From the IMG/VR virus record IMGVR_UViG_3300023202_000061: a stretch of DNA of 64,000 bases; one strand, 5' to 3'. The DNA comes from a virus (taxonomy: Duplodnaviria; Heunggongvirae; Uroviricota; Caudoviricetes). Shown one piece after another: positions 34,763 through 44,867 of this stretch (the first letter of the stretch is position 1; each line of letters starts with the position of its first letter). A program made the position numbers and the translations under genes. The notes beneath the pieces are model-generated. The model searched no databases. It was not told where the DNA came from and saw only the letters and a list, made by a program, of their open reading frames with translations.

Positions 34763-35239
34763 ATGAAGGAGCCAGTAAAGCCAAGGAAGCCTGCCAGGCC
34801 ATCTAAGCCAAAGGCTCCAAAAGAGGTTGTTGAGTACGATATGACTCTTTTCGAAATTCACTCTTATGAGCAGAATATCTCTCTTCCAAAGATATTGGAA
34901 AGGGCCAGAGAATGTGCCAAGTCTCGTGGAGTTAAAAGCGAAATCAACCTTGAAAATTTCAATGTAAGAATTCAAGCTGAAGATTATGATGATTGTGCTT
35001 ACGTTGATTTTTACACAAAAGTTGTAATAGACAATCCTCATTACGAGTCTGAGAAGAAGAAGTACCCAGCTAAGCTAAAGGCGTATGAAAAGAAGTACGC
35101 TAAGTACAAAATCAAGCTCGAACAGTATTGGAAGGAACTACAAATCTTTGATACTGATTTGAAAAAATACAATGCTCTTATCAAGAAGAAGGAAATTAGA
35201 GAGCTTGAAACTAAACTGAAGCAGCTAAAGAGCGCATAG
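34763..35239 (+). CDS. hypothetical protein with basic N-terminus and coiled-coil C-terminus
   Basis: 158-aa ORF. Confidence 0.5.
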   Translation: MKEPVKPRKPARPSKPKAPKEVVEYDMTLFEIHSYEQNISLPKILERARECAKSRGVKSEINLENFNVRIQAEDYDDCAYVDFYTKVVIDNPHYESEKKKYPAKLKAYEKKYAKYKIKLEQYWKELQIFDTDLKKYNALIKKKEIRELETKLKQLKSA

Positions 35240-35270
35240 GAAGACAATGAGTAAAGATTGAGGTGTAGCT

Positions 35271-35717
35271 ATGGCTACAAAAAAGAAGAAAACTGAAAAG
35301 GTAGAACCACCACGATTGTACTTGGTGTATGATCAGCATGAAAGTGGTGGAGAGATTTGTAAAGGGGATGAGGATTCCGCTTGGCCTAGCCACGAAGACG
35401 CCCACATTGATGTGCGTTTCAAGGCGCTGTATCGCAACCCTCCCACCGACCGATTCTTCTATGATTCATTCGAAGTATCAGAGGACATCTACAAGGAGCC
35501 ACATCTCCACATGGGAGTTATTCGATACGCAGATGGAGGAACCTTCGGAAGAACCTGCGGGTATTTCCATGTTGTAGGTTTCTACAAGACATCCACAGAA
35601 GCTGCAGAGGCTATTCAAAAGGCTTTGAAAGCAGAAGGCACATATAAGCCATGGGAAGGTTACTTCGCTTCGTTTGAAGATGACCAGATTGAAATCATGG
35701 CTGTATTGGAACAGTGA
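35271..35717 (+). CDS. hypothetical protein
   Basis: 148-aa ORF. Confidence 0.5.
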   Translation: MATKKKKTEKVEPPRLYLVYDQHESGGEICKGDEDSAWPSHEDAHIDVRFKALYRNPPTDRFFYDSFEVSEDIYKEPHLHMGVIRYADGGTFGRTCGYFHVVGFYKTSTEAAEAIQKALKAEGTYKPWEGYFASFEDDQIEIMAVLEQ

Positions 35718-36037
35718 TGGAAATCGGAGGATACGACATGGTTGTTGAGGGATCCTTTTCGGAGGATCTTCTCATCAACACCATCAAAGAATTTTGGCCC
35801 AAGGCTGTGGTTGATAATGTTCAAGATGAACTTAGCTCCCATAAACACGAAATTTTTGGATACTCTACAAATGATTCAAAGATGGTATGGGATGAGCATG
35901 GGCTAACGGATGAGTTTGCAGATGAAATGATTTACATCATACTTGAAAAAGACCACATCTGTTTAGTTGTAAATTCTCCAGAATCAAAAATAGGTAAGCA
36001 CATTGTTGCTACATTAGGTAAAGAAAATGGCAAATGA
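35714..36037 (+). CDS. hypothetical protein
   Basis: 107-aa ORF. Confidence 0.45.
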   Translation: MMEIGGYDMVVEGSFSEDLLINTIKEFWPKAVVDNVQDELSSHKHEIFGYSTNDSKMVWDEHGLTDEFADEMIYIILEKDHICLVVNSPESKIGKHIVATLGKENGK

Positions 36038-38231
36038 TTATTCAGAAATGAACACGTATCGTCATGATAACGTACACATCACAACAGGTGGAAAGGTTCC
36101 AATCAAGGAGTGGACCGTTGGTGTTGATGTAGAGGATGGTGCTCGTAAGCAGCTTGTTAACACAGCTCAGATGCCATTTATTTTCAGACACATTGCGGCC
36201 ATGCCAGACGTACATTCTGGTAAGGGCTCAACAGTTGGTTCGGTTATCCCAACACACAAGGCTATCGTGCCTGCTTGTGTAGGTGTGGATATTGGATGTG
36301 GAATGATGGCCGTGCAAACAACTATCAAGGGTTCTCAGCTACCAGACAACCTCGCAGATGTTCGTTCTGCTATTGAAGCTGCGGTTCCACATGGTCGTAC
36401 TGCTAACGGTGGTCCAAACGATAGAGGTTCTTGGTCCGATCCACCAAGCACTGTAGAAATCGCTTGGATGGGTCTTGAGCCAAAGTACAAGAAGATTGTA
36501 GAGAAGAATAAGGGTATTGAGTCCAGACATGGCCGAGTTCCTCATTCTCATCTTGGTACTCTTGGAACAGGTAACCACTTTATTGAGATGTGTATTGATG
36601 AATCTGATTCTGTTTGGATCATGCTTCACTCTGGGTCTCGTGGAGTAGGTAACCGTATTGGTTCCTTCTTCATTGATAAGGCTAAGCAAGAGATGGATCG
36701 ATGGTTCATTTCTGGACGTTTGCCAGATATCAATCTAGCATTCCTGCCAGAGGGATCTGATCTCTTCAAGGACTATGTTGAGGCGGTCGGATGGGCTCAG
36801 GACTTTGCTCGTACTAATCGTGAGCAAATGATGAATGCTGTCCTTAAGGCTCTTAAGAAGTGCAAAAAGATTCCTAAGTTTGAGACAACTGAGGTTGCTG
36901 TGAACTGCTTTCGAGGAGATACTAAGTTCATTACATCTACTGGAGTAAAGTCATTAAGTGAAGTTTCAGGATCAACTGTAAAGCTTTTAACAAGCACTGG
37001 TGAGTGGGTATCCGCCCCCATTAAGAGCTTTGGAGATCAAAGCATTGTAAAGCTAACACTAGGCCGTTATGATGTAACAAAAACAATTTATACTACTGCC
37101 GAACATAGATGGTTTGTAGATCCACTTCAAAGGAAGAGGGTTGAAAAACTAACAATGGATCTTGAGCCTGGGGATCGTCTAGCATTTCAACGTGCAAATA
37201 AATCTTTTGATGGTTTTGATCCGCTATTTGAGTATCGAGGTTTTACTTTCGGTGACGGTTCTACTTGTAGCGTAAACACATCTTTAGCTAATTTTTGTGG
37301 GCCAAAAATTCCATTGCTAGATCGATTTAAAAAACTAGGAGTTGGTAATGAGCCACGATCATATGGTGATACAATTCGTGTAACAGGCTTGAGAGGGCAC
37401 TGGAAAAAAACATTTGATGATCTATTTAATGCCTCTCCCAATAAGATTGCAGGCTGGCTAGCTGGGTATTTTGCTGCTGATGGTGATATCGATAAAACAG
37501 GCCGCCCCACTATTACTTCTGCTAGAAAAGAGCACTTAGAAGTTTATAGAGATTTGTGTTGGTTAATTGGAATAGCTACCTATCCCATCAGGGTAACATA
37601 TCGCACAGGATATGGAGAGGAAGAAACCCCTATTTACTTGATGGGTCTAAGTAGAAATGATTTACCAAATGATTTCTTTTTGCGCGAAGATCATCGTGTA
37701 CGTTTGCGAAGCGTTGATGAACGGTTAAATTGGAAAGTTTTATCAGTAGAAACAACAGATTGCATTGATGAAGTGTTCTGTGCTGAGGTTGATGGTACAC
37801 ACTCATTTGTATTGGAAGATGGAATCCTTACTTCGAACTGTCACCACAACTATGTGGAGAAGGAATTCCATTTCGGTAAGTCCGTATGGGTAACTCGTAA
37901 GGGCGCTATTCGTGCTCGCAAGGGTGACCTTGGAATTATCCCAGGATCAATGGGGGCTAAGTCTTTCATCGTTCGTGGACTTGGATGTGAGGATTCTTTC
38001 TGTTCAGCTTCTCACGGAGCAGGGCGTAAGATGAGCCGTACTGAGGCTAAGAAGAGATTTACACTCAAAGATCACCGAGAGGCAACTGAGGGTGTTGAGT
38101 GTAAGAAAGATGCTTCTGTACTCGATGAGACACCACAAGCTTATAAGGACATTGATACCGTCATGGAAGCTCAGAAGGATCTCGTTGAAGTTGTTCATAC
38201 GCTCAAGCAAGTTGTTTGTGTGAAGGGGTAA
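36027..38231 (+). CDS. rtcB: RtcB RNA 3'-phosphate/5'-OH ligase, interrupted by an intein
   Basis: RtcB conserved blocks (MPDVHSGKG, GTGNHF, CHHNY, HGAGR); 734 aa versus about 420 aa expected, excess explained by the intein. Confidence 0.85.
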   Translation: MANDYSEMNTYRHDNVHITTGGKVPIKEWTVGVDVEDGARKQLVNTAQMPFIFRHIAAMPDVHSGKGSTVGSVIPTHKAIVPACVGVDIGCGMMAVQTTIKGSQLPDNLADVRSAIEAAVPHGRTANGGPNDRGSWSDPPSTVEIAWMGLEPKYKKIVEKNKGIESRHGRVPHSHLGTLGTGNHFIEMCIDESDSVWIMLHSGSRGVGNRIGSFFIDKAKQEMDRWFISGRLPDINLAFLPEGSDLFKDYVEAVGWAQDFARTNREQMMNAVLKALKKCKKIPKFETTEVAVNCFRGDTKFITSTGVKSLSEVSGSTVKLLTSTGEWVSAPIKSFGDQSIVKLTLGRYDVTKTIYTTAEHRWFVDPLQRKRVEKLTMDLEPGDRLAFQRANKSFDGFDPLFEYRGFTFGDGSTCSVNTSLANFCGPKIPLLDRFKKLGVGNEPRSYGDTIRVTGLRGHWKKTFDDLFNASPNKIAGWLAGYFAADGDIDKTGRPTITSARKEHLEVYRDLCWLIGIATYPIRVTYRTGYGEEETPIYLMGLSRNDLPNDFFLREDHRVRLRSVDERLNWKVLSVETTDCIDEVFCAEVDGTHSFVLEDGILTSNCHHNYVEKEFHFGKSVWVTRKGAIRARKGDLGIIPGSMGAKSFIVRGLGCEDSFCSASHGAGRKMSRTEAKKRFTLKDHREATEGVECKKDASVLDETPQAYKDIDTVMEAQKDLVEVVHTLKQVVCVKG
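36906..37838 (+). mobile_element. intein (311 aa) with LAGLIDADG homing-endonuclease domain inside rtcB
   Basis: begins CFRGDTKFITSTG, contains LAGYFAADGDI, ends ...ILTSN with +1 Cys of extein motif CHHNY. Confidence 0.75.
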
Positions 38232-38235
38232 TCAG

Positions 38236-38775
38236 TTGTCACAATTAAAGATTGAAGATCACATATCCGTTGTTCCAGACTTTCCTAAGCCTGGTATTGT
38301 CTTTCGAGACATTACCCCTCTTCTGGCGATAGAAGGAGGGCTTAGGAAAGTTTCTGGGGACATCTTCAAAACCTTCGTAGATCTGAATCCAAAAGAGCCT
38401 CTTGATTACATTGCTGGGCTCGATGCCAGAGGATTCATAATAGGTGGAGCAATGTCTGTTGATTTCAACACTCCACTCATCACTGTTCGTAAAGCTGGTA
38501 AACTTCCTCCTCCAGTAATCTCTGTTGAATATGAAAAAGAATACGGCACTGATAAGGTTGAGGTATCTGCCAATCTTAACATTGAGCCTGGCTCTACTGT
38601 TGCTATCGTAGATGATCTTTTAGCCACTGGTGGTACTGCGATTGCTGCGATTCAGCTTTTGAGAAAGCTCAAGCTCAATGTAATGTGTGCTTCATTTGTT
38701 GTCGAGCTAGATATTGGTGGTCGTAACCGAATAGAGGAGCAAGGTGTTGTAGTAACATCATTGTTAAAGTATTGA
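38236..38775 (+). CDS. apt: adenine phosphoribosyltransferase (type I PRTase)
   Basis: PRPP-binding motif VAIVDDLLATGGT. Confidence 0.8.
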   Translation: MSQLKIEDHISVVPDFPKPGIVFRDITPLLAIEGGLRKVSGDIFKTFVDLNPKEPLDYIAGLDARGFIIGGAMSVDFNTPLITVRKAGKLPPPVISVEYEKEYGTDKVEVSANLNIEPGSTVAIVDDLLATGGTAIAAIQLLRKLKLNVMCASFVVELDIGGRNRIEEQGVVVTSLLKY

Positions 38776-39134
38776 TGAAAGGCTCTGGGTTATTGACGGT
38801 ATACGATGAGAAAATCGTTGTAGAGATAGACCCGGACCTTGGTTACTTTTATCGCTCACTGATACCAAAAGCGAAGGGTGTCCATGGAACACGATACCCG
38901 CCACACATAACTGTTGTACGCAAAGAGGCTTTCCCGAAGTTTGTACAGGGCTTTGAGGTATCTTTTGAGTACTCAGTAGATATTCAGCACAATGATGTTT
39001 ACTGGTGGCTACCAGTTCGGTGTCGAGAGCTGAATGAGTTTAGGATTTCTTTAGGTCTACCATGGTGGTCTGAACTTTGCCGTCCACCCGATGGATCAGA
39101 TAATTTTCATATCACAATAGGTAATACCAAATGA
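38772..39134 (+). CDS. 2H-phosphoesterase superfamily protein (LigT / cyclic phosphodiesterase-like)
   Basis: two H-x-T-x motifs (PHITVV and FHITIG) about 80 aa apart. Confidence 0.6.
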   Translation: MMKGSGLLTVYDEKIVVEIDPDLGYFYRSLIPKAKGVHGTRYPPHITVVRKEAFPKFVQGFEVSFEYSVDIQHNDVYWWLPVRCRELNEFRISLGLPWWSELCRPPDGSDNFHITIGNTK

Positions 39135-39352
39135 TAGACTTCACCACTCATATTGGCTGTGATAAGTGTTCTGAAAAACATGACACTCGCCGTTATTATG
39201 ATGACGAGATGAACAGCACATGGCAACATATAAAATCAGATATTGAAAAGTATGAGTACAAAACTGTCAATACAAAAAAGAAGTCATACCTGCTATGTAA
39301 GAAATGTCATAAAGAGTATGAGGATTCAGTAGAAGAAATTCTTTCAAAATGA
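39131..39352 (+). CDS. hypothetical Zn-ribbon protein
   Basis: CDKC...CKKCH. Confidence 0.4.
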   Translation: MIDFTTHIGCDKCSEKHDTRRYYDDEMNSTWQHIKSDIEKYEYKTVNTKKKSYLLCKKCHKEYEDSVEEILSK

Positions 39353-39609
39353 AAGAAAAGGAGCGAGAAATGAGCGTACTATCATGTAACAGAAAAGACT
39401 GCGAGAACGTCATGTGCGACAGGTATAGTGATGCTCATGGTTACATTTGTGATGAATGTTTCGCAGAGCTGCTTCTTGTGTTTCCAGATGTAACTATTGC
39501 TAGTTTTATGGACTCTCCAAAGAGTGGCGAGAAGAAGTTAGATTACACATCTGTTCTTGAGCAGGAATTTAGATCTAGGTGGGATGAAGATGAAGAATCT
39601 ACATCTTGA
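39349..39609 (+). CDS. hypothetical Zn-binding protein
   Basis: 86-aa ORF with CxxC pairs. Confidence 0.4.
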   Translation: MKEKEREMSVLSCNRKDCENVMCDRYSDAHGYICDECFAELLLVFPDVTIASFMDSPKSGEKKLDYTSVLEQEFRSRWDEDEESTS

Positions 39610-40465
39610 TATAGAGACGGGCGATCCAGACGATCTCTGGACGTTAGCTCTCGTAGCTACACATCCCAAACTAAACCTCAAGACTGTCAGTGTTTACCCT
39701 GGTCGTCCAGATCAGATTGGTTTAGTGCGCAAGGTGCTAAGGCTTGTAGGTCGTGAAGATGTAATCATCGGAGCTAACCTTCTCAAGGATGACAAGAAGT
39801 CCGTAGGCCAGTACTACTACAATTGGCTTGGAGACATTCCCGAAGAAGAGCCTGATTGGGATCTTGTAAACCTCAAGAATGAAATTGAGTATGGAACAGA
39901 TCTTATCACTGGCGGGCCACTAAAAAATATCGGTGACCTAGTGGCTTATCAAGCAGGAGAGCAAAACGACAAGAAGCTCTTTAGTAACTGGACCGCTCAG
40001 GGTGGTTTCGTTGGGTGTAACATTATCCCTGACTCTGAAGCTCTGGAGAAATTCAGAAGTAAAGAGTTCATGGCTACTTACAATCTGGGTGGTCACAAAA
40101 AGTCTGCTCTGTATTTGATGAGTGAGGGATCAAATAGATTTGATTCTATTCATATGGTAGGAAAAAATGTATGTCACGGATTTGTCTTCACTGGAGATGA
40201 TGTGGCTTCTTTACCAAAGGGCAAACACGATGGGCTGGATGTGATGATTCAAGGCATGGAGAAATATTGCAAAAAGAAACCTCAGGGAAAAGCTATGCAT
40301 GATATCCTAGCCGCTCTGCTTCATATCAATCCTGATCATGGAAAGTGGATAATGGGTGAAGCTATTCGTGAAAAGGGTAAGTGGGGATTTTGGTGGAAAC
40401 AGTACTCTAAAATCCAGGCCCTTACCTCTGTAGACAAAGAGGCCGTAATACAGGAGCTTTGGTAA
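39584..40465 (+). CDS. nucleoside hydrolase-like protein (IUNH family)
   Basis: N-terminal LDIETGDPDDLWTLAL resembles the DxDxxxDD metal-binding motif of IU-nucleoside hydrolases. Confidence 0.45.
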   Translation: MKMKNLHLDIETGDPDDLWTLALVATHPKLNLKTVSVYPGRPDQIGLVRKVLRLVGREDVIIGANLLKDDKKSVGQYYYNWLGDIPEEEPDWDLVNLKNEIEYGTDLITGGPLKNIGDLVAYQAGEQNDKKLFSNWTAQGGFVGCNIIPDSEALEKFRSKEFMATYNLGGHKKSALYLMSEGSNRFDSIHMVGKNVCHGFVFTGDDVASLPKGKHDGLDVMIQGMEKYCKKKPQGKAMHDILAALLHINPDHGKWIMGEAIREKGKWGFWWKQYSKIQALTSVDKEAVIQELW

Positions 40466-40701
40466 TGTTTTATGGCAGAGAACTTCTAATCATCCATGGA
40501 ATATCACTTGAGTATTGGGCCAAAAAGTATGGCGTAGAGCCTTTTGAAGTCGAATGTGATAATTGTGGTAAGATTAAGAAAGCTAACCTTCCTGCACGCT
40601 CCAAGACCCATGTTGGTCTTCGCTCTGCTCCGTGCCCTTGTGGTGATGATTCCGTTGCTCCTTATGCAATAGTCATGAATGATTCAGACTGGGGAAGGTA
40701 G
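40459..40701 (+). CDS. hypothetical Zn-ribbon protein
   Basis: 80-aa ORF, CDNCG...CPCG. Confidence 0.4.
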   Translation: MVMFYGRELLIIHGISLEYWAKKYGVEPFEVECDNCGKIKKANLPARSKTHVGLRSAPCPCGDDSVAPYAIVMNDSDWGR

Positions 40702-41078
40702 TGTTCAAGATAACCGGAAAGACAACTGATGGAAAGATCGTAGTCAAAGGTGTGTACAAAATGTACGAAACTGATGGTCTTCCTTTAGATGTTATCTTCG
40801 GTTTCCTAAATGAGAACAATGCCATTCCTGATTGGCTTTGGTTTTTCATTGAGGCTACTGAGGCAGGGATGAAACCAGAACGTATCCTCTCTAAGTTGGA
40901 ACATCCCATTGCGGACTCCTATGGACCAGAGATGAGAGATGTTGTTATCAAGAAGCTCAGGTGTTTCTACACCCTTCATGATAAGCGAATGAAGATCAGA
41001 GAAGAAGCATTAGACAAGCTAGCAAAACTAGGACAAGAATTCGATGCAGACGATGGGAAACAAAGTCCTGATAGTTGA
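40701..41078 (+). CDS. hypothetical protein
   Basis: 125-aa ORF. Confidence 0.45.
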   Translation: MFKITGKTTDGKIVVKGVYKMYETDGLPLDVIFGFLNENNAIPDWLWFFIEATEAGMKPERILSKLEHPIADSYGPEMRDVVIKKLRCFYTLHDKRMKIREEALDKLAKLGQEFDADDGKQSPDS

Positions 41079-41520
41079 TGATATGACAGAGAGGCATGAT
41101 GGTTTGTCCAGAGAGTATTCTGGACAAGATATACATCATGCTTACTCTTACAGCGAAGCTGTATCCTATCTTGATAACAATGTTTATGATCTGGTTTGTT
41201 TTGATCATGACCTAAATGACTTTTCTGATGGATCAGAGAAGACAGGTGCATCTGTAGCAAAGTATATGGCCTATGGTGGAATGATTTGTAAGGGTGCGAG
41301 AGTTCATTCTCACAACCCCATTGGAGCCCAAAACATAATATCTATACTTAGATCTGGAGACGTTAGCTCCAATATTTGGTATGAACCATTTGCCATATTT
41401 CCTGGGGCGAATATGGTTGGCCTTAAAGAAAAAGCCTTACAAGAACTTGTAGAAATTACCGAAGAAATGGGCCTTTACGATGATTTGGAAAATCCACTTA
41501 TCAAAAAGGATAAGGAATAA
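41044..41520 (+). CDS. hypothetical protein
   Basis: 158-aa ORF. Confidence 0.45.
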   Translation: MQTMGNKVLIVDDMTERHDGLSREYSGQDIHHAYSYSEAVSYLDNNVYDLVCFDHDLNDFSDGSEKTGASVAKYMAYGGMICKGARVHSHNPIGAQNIISILRSGDVSSNIWYEPFAIFPGANMVGLKEKALQELVEITEEMGLYDDLENPLIKKDKE

Positions 41521-41534
41521 CTTAGCATGAGAGT

Positions 41535-42329
41535 ATGCAAAAAGTATTGGATTTTGCCACAATATTTAGCAAGGAAGCTTCAATGAAGGGCGCTGCATTG
41601 CCAATGGATTTTTGGGTTGGTTTTGTACAGATGGCTCGTAGATTGCAGGTTGATCCTTATGAGCTGGCAGCTGTTATCAATCTTGAGTCTGCGGGATTCA
41701 ATCCACATGCTCAGAACAAGCAGGGTGGTAGAGTTGTTGCTCAGGGCTTGAATCAACTCATCAAATCTACTGCTACCAAGGCTCTCGGAATGTCTGAAGA
41801 ACTATGGGAGAACTTCTCCAAACTCTCTCCAATGGAACACTTGAAGTGGACAGAGAAGTACTTCCGAATGTTTGGAACACGAGCACGGGGAAAAGATGCG
41901 GGTGAGTTATACCTGCTGAATTTCGGTGGGTACAATAATCCTGACGGATCTTTGTACGCTGGCAAGGAAGCACAAGAACAATACAAAAAATTACATCCTG
42001 ATGCAGTATTTAAGAACCCTGAATATCAGCAGAAGGCAATTGAACAAAACAAAGGGTTCGTAACAAACGACAGGATCATGCCTGAGACTGTCAAGAAGAG
42101 TGTGGCAAAAGGACCACCCTCAGCAATTAGAGCTAGAATTGATGAAGCACTCCGGGCGGTTGGAAACTCGCCACTCCCTGGATACCAAGAACCAAATCCA
42201 AATTGGACAGGACCAAGCACGATGCAGGCCCCGCGAGCACCTGGAAACACCAGGCCACCGCAATATGAACAACCTGTACTCCAAGCTCCTGAACAACTAA
42301 CGAGTATTGAACAAAAACTTTGGTTCTGA
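41535..42329 (+). CDS. lytic transglycosylase (SLT domain)-like protein
   Basis: LESAGFNPHAQ...AQGLNQL resembles the SLT catalytic region ESGFNPNA...GLMQ. Confidence 0.55.
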   Translation: MQKVLDFATIFSKEASMKGAALPMDFWVGFVQMARRLQVDPYELAAVINLESAGFNPHAQNKQGGRVVAQGLNQLIKSTATKALGMSEELWENFSKLSPMEHLKWTEKYFRMFGTRARGKDAGELYLLNFGGYNNPDGSLYAGKEAQEQYKKLHPDAVFKNPEYQQKAIEQNKGFVTNDRIMPETVKKSVAKGPPSAIRARIDEALRAVGNSPLPGYQEPNPNWTGPSTMQAPRAPGNTRPPQYEQPVLQAPEQLTSIEQKLWF

Positions 42330-42379
42330 GTCTTCACCTGTCTAGCTCGCAATATTTTTAGTTAGATAGGAAAGACAAT

Positions 42380-43021
42380 ATGATTTACTTTACTTCAGAC
42401 CTACATTTTGGTCACGACAACATTATCAAATATTCCAACCGCCCGTTTAGGGATGTTCATGAAATGAACAGACAGATTACTCTGAACTGGAACTCAGTAG
42501 TTGGAAAGAACGATACAATTTATTGTATCGGTGACTTTGCTTTTGGCAAAGGCAAAAACAAGCCACATGAGTATTTCAAGAAACTCAATGGTAAGAAACA
42601 CCTGATTCGTGGCAATCACGATGCAGACAAAACAGCAGACATGGACTGGGAATCAGTACATGACCTACTTGAGATCAACGTTGGTAAGCAACGGATCGTT
42701 ATGTGTCACTACTCCATGCGTGTGTGGCACCACTCCTACAAAGGAACGTGGCAGCTGTACGGACACTCACACGGCACCCTGCCCGAGCAGGAGACGCTCT
42801 CCTGTGATGTTGGAACGGATGTATGGAATTACACACCAGTTTCGCTTGAAACGCTCAAACGAAAAATGACCTGGAAGAAAGAAAACCCAGGTCACTTTAA
42901 TAAGATTCACAAACCTTCTGAGGATGTGAAGCATCATAAGACTTCAGAAGTTAGGTCTAATGATGATATGGAGAAATGCAGAAAGGAGATTGCGGAGTTC
43001 AATCTTCGTTTTGCTCGTTAA
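42380..43021 (+). CDS. calcineurin-like metallophosphoesterase
   Basis: DLHFGHDN, GDFAFGKG, GNHD motifs. Confidence 0.7.
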   Translation: MIYFTSDLHFGHDNIIKYSNRPFRDVHEMNRQITLNWNSVVGKNDTIYCIGDFAFGKGKNKPHEYFKKLNGKKHLIRGNHDADKTADMDWESVHDLLEINVGKQRIVMCHYSMRVWHHSYKGTWQLYGHSHGTLPEQETLSCDVGTDVWNYTPVSLETLKRKMTWKKENPGHFNKIHKPSEDVKHHKTSEVRSNDDMEKCRKEIAEFNLRFAR

Positions 43022-43235
43022 GCATCCTGGCAAGCATCTCAAAAAGAGTAGCGGCATCCAGTGCTTCCTGACCTGGTCCAGCTAGGTCAGACTTATCCTT
43101 CTTCTTCTTTTTCTTCTTGGAAGCTTTTTCAGGAAGTTTAGAAAAGTCAGTCTCATCGGACCACTTCTCTACGTCAACGCCCTTAGGACGGACTGCGAAC
43201 ATGAAGCGCTGTTGTTTCTTTGAACGAAATGGCAT
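42999..43235 (-). CDS. small Lys-rich protein (minus strand)
   Basis: 78-aa ORF convergent with upstream + gene. Confidence 0.3.
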   Translation of the reverse strand: MPFRSKKQQRFMFAVRPKGVDVEKWSDETDFSKLPEKASKKKKKKKDKSDLAGPGQEALDAATLFEMLARMLNEQNED

Positions 43236-43265
43236 GAATTCCTCCGGTAAAATAATGCGGAGATA

Positions 43266-44066
43266 TTACATCCCCAGATCTTTCATCATCTCTTTGACGT
43301 TGATGTAGTCTGGGATTTTGTATTTACTGCGCTTTACGCCTAAATCTAGAGCCGGATGCCATCTTCCATGAACACCTTTATCAGGGATGTCCTTGGGATT
43401 GAATGATTTCCACACCTTATTGTACCAACCTTTTTTTTCATAGATACCCATCTTAAATCGCATTCTCTTGTCCCCAACAAAGGCGAAGTGGTGGAGAACC
43501 TGATGTTTTAGAACATGGACAGGAGTGTGTTTCTGTAGGGTACAATGACCATAGATTCTTCCAGGTACGTGACGTGTAATGCGAGCAAAGGGAAATGGGT
43601 GAGTATCAATGCCTTTTGGATTGGCCAAGATGAAATGGTGATCGTAGAAGTAAATTACATGAGGAATTACGATAGTATTTACTTTCTTTTCTTTGTCATT
43701 GAATGAAGCCTCAACTTTTCTGATAATGCCCTCATCGAAAAACTCATCCATATCAGTGCACCAAAAAACATCCATGTCATTTCGCACAAGTTTTGAGCCC
43801 GCCGCAAACATCTTACATTTTTCTTCGAAGCTCTGACCTTCAAACTTTTTGATTTCAGAAAGATCAGTTTGTTCAATGAGGGTTATCTTATTCTCTGGAT
43901 CTGGAAAGTTTTTAATATATTCATGTCCACCATCGGTAGAAAACTTGAAAGTCTTAATATTTAGATCAAAGAATATGATTTGATCAAAATGCTTATACAA
44001 GAATGGTAGTTTTTGTTTCAAGAATGGTAATTCATTCCACAATATAGAAAAATGGCAATGCTTCAT
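43266..44066 (-). CDS. hypothetical protein (minus strand)
   Basis: 266-aa ORF, the largest minus-strand gene in the window. Confidence 0.5.
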   Translation of the reverse strand: MKHCHFSILWNELPFLKQKLPFLYKHFDQIIFFDLNIKTFKFSTDGGHEYIKNFPDPENKITLIEQTDLSEIKKFEGQSFEEKCKMFAAGSKLVRNDMDVFWCTDMDEFFDEGIIRKVEASFNDKEKKVNTIVIPHVIYFYDHHFILANPKGIDTHPFPFARITRHVPGRIYGHCTLQKHTPVHVLKHQVLHHFAFVGDKRMRFKMGIYEKKGWYNKVWKSFNPKDIPDKGVHGRWHPALDLGVKRSKYKIPDYINVKEMMKDLGM

Positions 44067-44286
44067 AGGTCACCCATTGTATGCTAAGTTATTCAAACAA
44101 CTCTCGACCTCTGTTATTATCAACGCATATTTAGGCAAAGATCTATGGGCAAACGGCTATCAGTAGCCGCCTTTTAACTCTACCAGTAAGGAGGTGAGTA
44201 ACTACTACAATTAGAGACAATTTCATGAAAGAAGTGTCTCTTGCGTTTGTCCCAATTAACATAAGTAGCTTCGTAAGAAGCTTACT

Positions 44287-44472
44287 ATGGATTACTATTG
44301 CTGTGACTTAGTCACGAAGAGGTATAGAATGGTTGAAATCAAAGATATGAAAGAGAACTCTAAGTGTGTTGCGACTTTTACTATGAGGGTTATCAGGCCA
44401 ACATCTGGTATGAGAGTTGGTAATAAAGTATACAAGATTTCAAGAATTCTACACATACCGACTTCACAATAA
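44287..44472 (+). CDS. hypothetical small protein
   Basis: 61-aa ORF. Confidence 0.3.
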   Translation: MDYYCCDLVTKRYRMVEIKDMKENSKCVATFTMRVIRPTSGMRVGNKVYKISRILHIPTSQ

Positions 44473-44483
44473 CAAATGTTACA

Positions 44484-44867
44484 TTGAAAATCTGGATTAT
44501 CCGACATGTAAGTATGGAGGAAATTAAGGCTGCAGAAATCAGAGTGTTAATCGCTGCAGATCATTGGGCTCGTGAGACAATGAGGGAAGACAGATCTCTC
44601 AAAAATGTCGAGACGAAGCTACTTGATGCGGTATTGTATTACCTAAAAATTGTTAAAGAGGCTCGTGAAAAACCAATAGATATACCGAGACCTGCTCATG
44701 TTCCTAGTGATTTGGCAAAGTCTATTTCGCACTCTGAATTACCTACAGCAAGGTATTCAGACAAACCCACAGTACCTACACCAGCTGGTGGGTTTGAGGC
44801 GGTTCGCGTTATAGAGTTAAGGGATAGCGATTACAGTGATTACATAAATAATGAGGATGACGAATGA
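44484..44867 (+). CDS. hypothetical protein
   Basis: 127-aa ORF. Confidence 0.45.
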   Translation: MKIWIIRHVSMEEIKAAEIRVLIAADHWARETMREDRSLKNVETKLLDAVLYYLKIVKEAREKPIDIPRPAHVPSDLAKSISHSELPTARYSDKPTVPTPAGGFEAVRVIELRDSDYSDYINNEDDE

